A stretch of 63,637 bases of DNA, filler included, from Aduncisulcus paluster (Eukaryota): NCBI GenBank assembly GCA_024181965.1. It is 8 parts of 8 records of this genome, joined end to end, with 100 filler letters (N's around TTAATTAATTAA, not from the genome) between each part and the next. Parts side by side here need not be neighbours in the genome. Positions count along the whole stretch, not along the records: positions 50,638 to 58,345 come from BQXS01010885.1; positions 58,446 to 63,637 come from BQXS01010916.1; 6 more parts are not named here. One strand, 5' to 3'. The translations under genes were made by a program, and so were the position numbers. This document shows positions 55,812 through 63,637 of this stretch, piece after piece (position 1 is the stretch's first letter; each line of letters opens with the position of its first letter). The notes under the pieces are model-generated. The model ran no database searches, was not told the DNA's origin, and saw only the letters and a list, made by a program, of their open reading frames with translations.

Positions 55812-57594
55812 TCACAACTTTTTTAAGGCGATTTGCTGAAGTCTCAGATTCTTCACAGTCGTAATGGATTTAGTTTTATCAGTAACTTGAACTATACTTC
55901 TTGCCTGTGGAGTAATTTTATAATATTGAAATTTGAATCGAGGAATTCCACTATCGCGGCGAACAACAAAGTACAAATCGGCAACGGTCTGAGAAGGTTC
56001 GAAGTTGTATACTTTTGGAGGAATATCTTTCTCAAAGACCACTTTAACCCTGATCGATCCCTTTGTTCCTGCCCCTGAGGAGGATTGAGTTGGTGGAACA
56101 GATGATGTGGATGGTTTTGAACTTGGGATAGAATGAGATGATACTTGGGAGGAAGAAGTTGTACCCGATGACCGGACTGTGCTACTTTTCCCGGAGAAAG
56201 TGGCTGGAGCCTTGTGTTTATGGCCTCCTTTCATACCAACACCAGCGGTGCCACCTTCAACAAAATCACTGCGCAACATCTCTCTTCTGTCAGACATTTG
56301 AAGGGTGAGTTTTACACGGCCTGAAGCAAGGTCCTCGAAGGTCAAATCCATGTAAGTCCCGTATTTATCGAGGATTTTCCGAGAGATGGATGATGAACTC
56401 ATACAATCAAGGAATTCCGCATCTTCAGGATCGTCATACGAGAAAAAGGCCTCACTGTTGTTAATTGTGAAGCCATCCTTGTACATCTCAAGGGAAACTT
56501 CCTTCACAGAGGGCTCAACGGGCTTAGGAGAGATCTTTGGTTCAAAATGTTTTGGTTGAGGCTTTGTGTGTTTTTCAGGTTCATCTTCTTTAGCAGCTGG
56601 ACGACGGATAGATCTGCCAGACCCAGAGAAAAAGGATTTCTTCTCCTTTGGTGCCTCATGGGGATTATCGGTCTCTTGTCTAGCCTGTGAAAACAGATCG
56701 TCGACAGTTCCACGGGCACCTTGACGGTCGTGGCCTTCCATCATAACTCCTGTGGACTCACTGTTGCTTGTGTAATAAGTTTGTCTCTTTCCATGATCTG
56801 GATCACCGGATTGGGGACATCCACCACAACACTCATCATCCTCACCTCGAATATCAGAGAGAGAACACACTTTGCTAGACTTCTTAGATTTGGAATAGAT
56901 AGGACTTCTTCCACCGGTGGAATCACTAGTGTCAGANNNNNNNNNNNNNNNNNNNNGGTTGAGGCTTTGTGTGTTTTTCAGGTTCATCTTCTTTAGCAGC
57001 TGGACGACGGATAGATCTGCCAGACCCAGAGAAAAAGGATTTCTTCTCCTTTGGTGCCTCATGGGGATTATCGGTCTCTTGTCTAGCCTGTGAAAACAGA
57101 TCGTCGACAGTTCCACGGGCACCTTGACGGTCGTGGCCTTCCATCATAACTCCTGTGGACTCACTGTTGCTTGTGTAATAAGTTTGTCTCTTTCCATGAT
57201 CTGGATCACCGGATTGGGGACATCCACCACAACACTCATCATCCTCACCTCGAATATCAGAGAGAGAACACACTTTGCTAGACTTCTTAGATTTGGAATA
57301 GATAGGACTTCTTCCACCCGTGGAATCACTAGTGTCAGATCCTAAATGGCCAATACGACTGGGTTTTGAGGATGATCCTCCAGGCCAACCACCTGATCCA
57401 CGTTTGGGGGTTTCTCTCTTCTGTCCACCAGTTGAGTGACTTGGGGCAGGGTAAGGAACGTCTTTTAATGATTGTTGTTCCAAGAAAAATTCAACAGCAC
57501 GGGTTAAATCACCTCCAGCCGACCTCAATAAGGCTGAACACTCAGTTGTTCCCATCCCAGTAATTTCACATAATTGCTTAATATCACTGTCCAT
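55812..57594 (-). CDS. NSFL1C: p97/Cdc48 cofactor p47 (UBA-SEP-UBX), 459 aa after collapsing the gap duplication
   Basis: UBA-like IKQLCEITG...LTRAVEFFLE, SEP LEMYKDGFTIN..SYDDPEDAEFL, FSG boxes, C-terminal UBX. join(55812..56553,56957..57594) = 1380 nt in frame. Confidence 0.85.
56554..57339. repeat. 383-bp direct duplication flanking a 20-N gap (assembly overlap, one SNP)
   Basis: 56554-56936 matches 56957-57339, except CCACCGGTGG vs CCACCCGTGG. Confidence 0.92.
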
Positions 57595-57880
57595 TATAGT
57601 TGTTATTCAAAATTAAACCTATGTTGGTAAATAAAAATTGATTTGATGTTTCAAAACGGAGGATCTCGGAACAAACTACAAAAGAGGATTCCTGTCAATA
57701 CATAAAGATGATATATTATTGAATCATGTGAAATAAAATTTATTCTAATTTTTTATTTTCTTTATATCACTTCCATACGGATGATAGAAATCGATGAACT
57801 GAAATGATCTCATCGGCAGGATCAAGTTTGTAAAAACTCTGTTTTACTCCAGATAATGACATGAATGTAATGTATATTTC

Positions 57881-58345
57881 TTATTCGATTGCTGAAATTG
57901 TAACATTCATAGATTTTACATCATCTCCATCGATTTTCATGACCTCGTAGTTATCTCCAACATGACCGCCAGTGATTGTAATATCCAAATCATCTCCAGA
58001 AACTCCCGCAAATACACGTTCTGTTCTGGTCTTCTGATGGCCCGATGATTCAGTTTCAGACACAAGAACCGTCACAACATCTCCATCTTCAATTTTCTTT
58101 GCCTTCTTTCTTGGCTTTTTGTCTTCATTTATGTTGTGGCAATAGCGAACAAATACATTCTCTCCAGCTCTCCTCCATTCGTCGCCAAGAACTAGGGCGC
58201 CTTCTGAGACAGCGATGGCATTAACATCCCTTCCAGCCCCTATCTTTCGCTTCTGCTTTTCTTGCTCAACACGACGAACAACTTTCCGTTGCTTCTCAAT
58301 TTGCCTACGTTGGAGACGAGCTTTTTCTCTCGTTTTACGTTCGAT
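57881..58345 (-). CDS. Hypothetical protein, 5'-partial
   Basis: 155 codons open from the contig edge (IERKTREKARLQRRQ...) to TAA 57881. Confidence 0.7.
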   Translation of the reverse strand: MERKTREKARLQRRQIEKQRKVVRRVEQEKQKRKIGAGRDVNAIAVSEGALVLGDEWRRAGENVFVRYCHNINEDKKPRKKAKKIEDGDVVTVLVSETESSGHQKTRTERVFAGVSGDDLDITITGGHVGDNYEVMKIDGDDVKSMNVTISAIE

Positions 58346-58445
58346 NNNNNNNNNNNNNNNNNNNNNNNNNNNNNNNNNNNNNNNNNNNNTTAATTAATTA
58401 ANNNNNNNNNNNNNNNNNNNNNNNNNNNNNNNNNNNNNNNNNNNN
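58346..58445. other. Artificial contig linker
   Basis: N/TTAATTAATTAA/N. Confidence 0.99.
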
Positions 58446-58861
58446 ATGACAATGATCTCATACATGCTAACCGCACATTGAATTCGTAATTTTTATACTG
58501 TACTATACATATTACTCATCCATTGTTTTAATTTTTGTTTATATTGTTTGAATAACACCGCTGTTGCCAAAAGCAGACGTTTTTATTGTTTTCTTTAATA
58601 AGTTTTATTATTGAATATTTAACGCATATTTTATAATAGGATTTTAATTAATATAATTATTTCAATATTAGAATGTTTATTACTACGTTATTACCAGAGA
58701 TCGTAGATGAAAGTTTTTGTATATATTTTCAGTTTACTTTTTGATTCTCTCCGGGCATTCTTCTATTCATAATTAATAAAATTGCTCCACCACCATTATA
58801 AAGGTTATAAAATAACCAACAATATTAATTGGTTATCTTTATTTCCCAAGAAAAAAGGAAT

Positions 58862-58960
58862 TTACGAGTAGCCGGGAAACTTATTACGAGTAGCCGGGAA
58901 ATTCCCAACCAGCCGGGAATCCCCGGCTGGATGCCAGGGCCGGCTAAGCCGGCCCGGCTG
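58862..58960. repeat. GC-rich cluster of AGCCGG direct and inverted repeats
   Basis: TTACGAGTAGCCGGGAAA x2 (22-bp period), hairpin CCAGCCGGG-AATC-CCCGGCTGG, palindrome GGGCCGGCT-A-AGCCGGCCC. Confidence 0.9.
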
Positions 58961-59327
58961 AAGGTAATTCGTGAGTCTCAATTCTTGAAATCACTTTGCA
59001 GTACAATGAATAAAATGGCTTTGCAAGGGATAGAAAGTGTATTTGGTGTTGCATCCAATCAAGGGATATGTTAGTGGCCGCTCCAAATCATTGGATTTCA
59101 TCATGTTGATGAAATCTTCCAATCGTTACCAAATCTTATGAAACCTATTGAAATAAACTATATTTCCCAAAATTCGATGTTCTATTGTATTGAATATTTC
59201 TGAAGATCTAAATGGTAATCATCTCATTTCTTGCCATTTCAAACTGATCCATTTCCCCGACGCTCTAAGAGTATAATTCAACCTATTGAAAATATCGACT
59301 ATTTAAAGCAATTTTATATCTACTTCA

Positions 59328-62300
59328 ATGAAACAAAATCCGTTTCAAGATTTTTCTATGTGGGACACTTTTCATCTCCCCTTATTGATCGATTCTGAAG
59401 GTATTTTGAGAATCCTGTTGAATTATTTCATTTTACCGTTCTTGGTATTGGTATTATCCTCCTTATTATTTTTCGGCAATTCCAATCCCACCCTTTATGC
59501 CCATCATCCTTCTGAATTCCTTGGTTATACTGTTGACAGAAATGTTGGAGATGCCTTTGGACATGTCTCGGATATTTCTATCTCCATGAATTGCAGGGAT
59601 TGTTTCATCTCGTCCTATTCCATGATGTTGACATCTTTCTCTTCTGACCGTTCGGGTCTGATCATTTCATTGTCTGAGTCCACGAGTAGTAGTCTTTCAC
59701 CTCACAGTGCCCATCAATCCCCGTATTCTTCTTGTTGTCGTCTTTGTTCTGCCTGTTCCTCTGCTTTTGCTCCTGGATATGTTATGGCAGGGCATCCGAA
59801 CCGTTATGACCTTTCCCGTGAGATCGCAAATGATCTCACCCATAGCATCGACATTCTTTCTTGTCCCACCATGCCACTCTCAGAGGACCATTCTTTTTTG
59901 CATCCACATCCCCTTGGTCTCCTCATTGCTGCTCTCTCCATCACTCTTCTTGTTGTTTCTATTATTTCTACTATGCTTACTACTGGGAATAGAATGAACT
60001 CTATTCCTTCCATGCTCATATTCTTGGCTGTTCTGTGTGTTTCCTTCCAGTCTGTCCTTGGCTATGGTTTCTCTGAAGAATGTTCCATGTATCTCTCTGA
60101 AGACGATCACTTGGTCTGCAATGAGATATACCCTGGTCGTTACGCAGCCGAGTGTGAGGAGGGGTATTATTATGACCAAGGAGATTATTCTTGTGTTTAT
60201 GATACCAATACTGACTGTCCCAGTGATATGAATGATCATCAAATGTGTGTCAAAACGACAGAAGATCTCATTACATCTGATTGTCGATCTGCCTGGTATG
60301 GTGACGATTGTGACCAGTTGTATCAGGTGCATATTCCAGATCCATTGTTTAGAGGTACAGTGTGTACTGCTGCTGACTATTCGTATTCTCCTTGTGATGT
60401 GTCTGAGTTTGAAATGGCTGCTATAGGTGGATATTTCTATGCTGATGAACCAATGGTATCAAATTTTCAAGGTGCTGAATATTTGATCAATATTGTTTTC
60501 TTCTCTGGAAAACAAACAAATATTTCGCTGGTTTCTCCTCTTCCTACTCTTCTTCAGTTATCCATCTTAAATCTTGAGAGCTATATGTCTGCCTATAATT
60601 TAAATATATATGATTTTTCCAATATATATCCCCTGAATCGATTGACTCAATTATCACTTGATGGAAACGATAGAATCTATGATATATCTGTATCTTTTAG
60701 GAACATTGGAATGACAATGCTATCAATTGCAAATACTGAATGTTCTATTCCTCTTTGTCGGTCAGAATCAGATGATGATTATTGGTCTTTTATTACTTCT
60801 GTATTCCCAATTCATGACCTTGATACAGAGTCCAAGAAGGAAAATTACCTTCCCAATGATTGTCCCCTTAATTCTGGTTCATATATCTGTAGCCCAAATA
60901 ATTCTACATGTCCTTCAATAGTTCGAAATGAGGTTTTCAATAGTTTGGATGGTGCTAAGGAGAAAAAATGTGCTTTCATTGCTAAGGAAGGTGCTAACGG
61001 TCAGTGTTACACTGTTCATGATGATTTTGTTCGTCAATACTTAATTTACGATTGTTTACCCAATGGTTCTGAAGATCTAACCTCTGGAATTATCAGTGTT
61101 GCCACGATGCGTACTAAGTTGACATGTTCTTCGTTGTCGCTCCCTGGAATTGTTTCCAGTTCTTACTCCGTTTCTACTGTTGATGAGATCACGACTCTTC
61201 AGGGTCTTGAGTATGCCCAAGGTACAGATTCAGATGGCAAGTCCATTGGTTTGACATCTCTCAACATTGATGGGTATGACTTGAGTGGAGATATCAATGA
61301 GAATGCCGAGTATGATAAGTTAGTTGTTCAGATCTTAGCGAAGGCTGTTGTGGCATCAAATTCATACGGATCGATAAATTCTGGTCTCACATCTCTCTCT
61401 GCGAGTGGGTGTGGATTGAGTGCTGTCAGTGATGTTCTTGATCTGACTCCTATTGCTAACGGAGATTCAGCCACCGGAGATTCAGCCGCCATCCGACCCT
61501 TCAAACTCACTTCACTTGATCTCTCGAACAACAACATCTCAGATGTGTCTGTTCTCATTACATCTTCCATGTTCCCAGAAAATGTTCTCACAACCCTTGA
61601 CATCAGTGGCAATAACATCTGTGACATTGATAATGTCGTGACGATGCTGCAATCGTATTTCACAAACATTGACTTTGCAATCAACGCAACAAGTCAATCC
61701 ACATGCCCATGTTCTGAAGGGGCTGATGTATCATTTTCTTCTCACAAGACCTGTCGCAAACGTTCTAATGGTTATTATCAAGTTGAGTGCTGGAATGGGT
61801 ACTTCTTGGATATAGAAACAAATTCGTGTGTTGAAGCTGTTTCCTCAGCAGGTTCCATTCGTTGCCAAGTATGTGAGAAGAAAGATATTTTTGTTCCAAT
61901 TCTTGATCTCAACACATCAGATATCTCATGTGGATGTTCATTTGGCTTCCATGGAGATTCCTGTGAATATGTTGACATTCCCGATTCCAACCTTAGAAGT
62001 GCCGTGTGTCTGGCTGTTGTTAATCCAAGTGCTCACGATTCCTCCTGTGATGATCTGACTATTTCAGACATGACAACCGTGACCTCTGTGAGTGCTTCCA
62101 TTGTGGACTCCTTTGAAGGTCTTCAATCTGCTGTGAACCTCACATCTTTGTCTATCTTTGGCACTTCGTCTAGTTCTGTGTCCATTGGGAATACTGATCT
62201 TGGATACCTTCCTTTGTCCCTCGTTGAGTTGTCTCTTGAGGCTGTCTATCTTGCTGCTGATAGTGATTTCTCTATCTTCCCCAATCTTACAACACTCTCC

Positions 62301-63637
62301 TTGAAGAACAATTCATCGTATGATTTGACAAATTCTGCCCTATTCCCATCCTCATCATCATCTTCTTCATCAACTTTCACATGGCTTGATGTTAGTTACA
62401 CTGCATTGTCCTCTTTCTCTTCCATTCCAACATCAATCACGACCTTGACTGCAAACAACTGTTCCTCACTGACGAGTTTCTCAACCATCTCCAATCTCAC
62501 GAATCTTGTGTCTCTTGATGTGAGTTATGCCTTAAATGTGTCAGACTTTTCTTCTTTGCTATCTAATATTCCACTCACAATATCTATTCTCTATGCCGAT
62601 GGATGTAATGTTAGTCCAGACACAGACTTCACAACATTTACAAATCTTACAACACTCTCTTTGAATGACAACACAGAATATGATATCAGTGAGTCTGGTC
62701 TTTTCCCTTCATCTCTAACTTCTCTCAGTGCCAACAACACTTCAATCTCTCTGTTGTTCCATCTTGCTGCTAGCATGCCCAATCTGACTGAACTATCTCT
62801 GAACAACAATAATATCTCTGATCCTTCCCCATTGTATGCTTTGTCCAGCAATACTTCTTTGAGTAGCATTGACTTGTCATATAATCATATCTGTGGTGGT
62901 GATAATGGTGGTGATTCTGTGATTGAAACTTTCCTTGCATCTAAGTTTTCTATTTCTGCTGCAGATGTGAATGCTAGTGGTCAAGAATGTGAATGTTCCT
63001 CTGGTGACCTTGGATCGACTCCACTCACTGCCAACAAGGTCTGTGCTGAGACTCTGCCTGGTGTATCTAACCTATGGTATGTTGTGTGTGCCAGTGATTC
63101 ATACACGTCATACACCGATGCATCAACATTTGCATGCATTTCCCCAGATAATGGTGATGGTACATTTGGATGTTCTGGCGGGTGTGAGTATGGGCAAGAG
63201 TGCAGATATGACTCAACCTTAACTTCAACATCGTGTCAGCAAGTGATAGTTAATGAATCGTTACATGCTTGTGTTGCTGATATGTTTGTGGATTCTGATG
63301 GAAATGCTGATTATGAACATCGAACAGATTCCACGCCTTCCCTTTTCAGCGTGGCTTCCTTGAAGACCCTTGAGTCCGTTGACGATGGTTCTGGCGTATA
63401 TTCCCCAGTATTGTCTTGTCCAACTCTACACATCGTTGAATTAACTGGAATTGAACACATCACTAAAATCACCGGTTTCGATCTGAGTTCAAACGATTTG
63501 GATACGTCTGCCTCGACAGAATGTCTCGATTCTTTGATGCATCTTTCTGCTCTTCTGTCTCTGGATTTATCTTCCAATTCTAACATCACAACGCTTCCCG
63601 ATCTAAGGGGCATGTCATCTCTGACCGTTCTTAGATT
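59328..63637 (+). CDS. Giant internalin-like LRR / Cys-rich (EGF-like) surface protein, 3'-partial (>1430 aa)
   Basis: Missed by the ORF track because there is no stop. ATG 59328 follows an in-frame TAA. Motifs IPD.xLR..VC, FQGAEYLIN, LTSLDLSNNNISDVS, LSLNNNNISDPSPL, CRSAWYGDDC and CSFGFHGDSC; the frame is still open at the window end. Confidence 0.9.
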   Translation, partial: MKQNPFQDFSMWDTFHLPLLIDSEGILRILLNYFILPFLVLVLSSLLFFGNSNPTLYAHHPSEFLGYTVDRNVGDAFGHVSDISISMNCRDCFISSYSMMLTSFSSDRSGLIISLSESTSSSLSPHSAHQSPYSSCCRLCSACSSAFAPGYVMAGHPNRYDLSREIANDLTHSIDILSCPTMPLSEDHSFLHPHPLGLLIAALSITLLVVSIISTMLTTGNRMNSIPSMLIFLAVLCVSFQSVLGYGFSEECSMYLSEDDHLVCNEIYPGRYAAECEEGYYYDQGDYSCVYDTNTDCPSDMNDHQMCVKTTEDLITSDCRSAWYGDDCDQLYQVHIPDPLFRGTVCTAADYSYSPCDVSEFEMAAIGGYFYADEPMVSNFQGAEYLINIVFFSGKQTNISLVSPLPTLLQLSILNLESYMSAYNLNIYDFSNIYPLNRLTQLSLDGNDRIYDISVSFRNIGMTMLSIANTECSIPLCRSESDDDYWSFITSVFPIHDLDTESKKENYLPNDCPLNSGSYICSPNNSTCPSIVRNEVFNSLDGAKEKKCAFIAKEGANGQCYTVHDDFVRQYLIYDCLPNGSEDLTSGIISVATMRTKLTCSSLSLPGIVSSSYSVSTVDEITTLQGLEYAQGTDSDGKSIGLTSLNIDGYDLSGDINENAEYDKLVVQILAKAVVASNSYGSINSGLTSLSASGCGLSAVSDVLDLTPIANGDSATGDSAAIRPFKLTSLDLSNNNISDVSVLITSSMFPENVLTTLDISGNNICDIDNVVTMLQSYFTNIDFAINATSQSTCPCSEGADVSFSSHKTCRKRSNGYYQVECWNGYFLDIETNSCVEAVSSAGSIRCQVCEKKDIFVPILDLNTSDISCGCSFGFHGDSCEYVDIPDSNLRSAVCLAVVNPSAHDSSCDDLTISDMTTVTSVSASIVDSFEGLQSAVNLTSLSIFGTSSSSVSIGNTDLGYLPLSLVELSLEAVYLAADSDFSIFPNLTTLSLKNNSSYDLTNSALFPSSSSSSSSTFTWLDVSYTALSSFSSIPTSITTLTANNCSSLTSFSTISNLTNLVSLDVSYALNVSDFSSLLSNIPLTISILYADGCNVSPDTDFTTFTNLTTLSLNDNTEYDISESGLFPSSLTSLSANNTSISLLFHLAASMPNLTELSLNNNNISDPSPLYALSSNTSLSSIDLSYNHICGGDNGGDSVIETFLASKFSISAADVNASGQECECSSGDLGSTPLTANKVCAETLPGVSNLWYVVCASDSYTSYTDASTFACISPDNGDGTFGCSGGCEYGQECRYDSTLTSTSCQQVIVNESLHACVADMFVDSDGNADYEHRTDSTPSLFSVASLKTLESVDDGSGVYSPVLSCPTLHIVELTGIEHITKITGFDLSSNDLDTSASTECLDSLMHLSALLSLDLSSNSNITTLPDLRGMSSLTVLR

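Noticed and set aside
1-63637. rRNA, tRNA or transposase genes
   Set aside because: None recognisable by eye; a covariance-model or HMM search would be needed to exclude divergent ones.

Overview
Eukaryotic (protist) draft-genome DNA. Eight unrelated contigs are joined by artificial 100-bp N/TTAATTAATTAA linkers, and three 20-N scaffold gaps are flanked by duplicated overlaps. The DNA is gene-dense, uses the standard code, and has AT-rich spacers and short (70-93 nt) GTATG...AG introns. Gene content and style suggest a free-living anaerobic flagellate, possibly a Carpediemonas-like fornicate such as Aduncisulcus (inference only). Recognisable genes: DRC11/IQCA1, LSm2, UDP-glucose pyrophosphorylase, a Pmp-like beta-helix surface protein, RABL6, a Rab fusion, a TTLL fragment, EFCAB9, NagB, an acylated LRR protein, SelF/SelM-like, DsbA-like, MBNL-like, PDI, Sen2, an E2, a NAK kinase, PhLP2, a divergent ARPC2, p47/NSFL1C and a giant LRR/Cys-rich surface protein. 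Several were missed by the ORF track. Top observations: (1) recurrent intergenic 22-bp triple palindromes with the geometry predicted for hairpin-mediated excision footprints of an 8-bp-TSD (hAT-type) transposon; (2) an intron-split, unannotated gene resembling the ERMES SMP subunits Mdm34/Mdm12; (3) an EFCAB9 (CatSper Ca2+ sensor) orthologue; (4) an uncharacterised ~150-aa domain present both alone and fused to a Rab GTPase.
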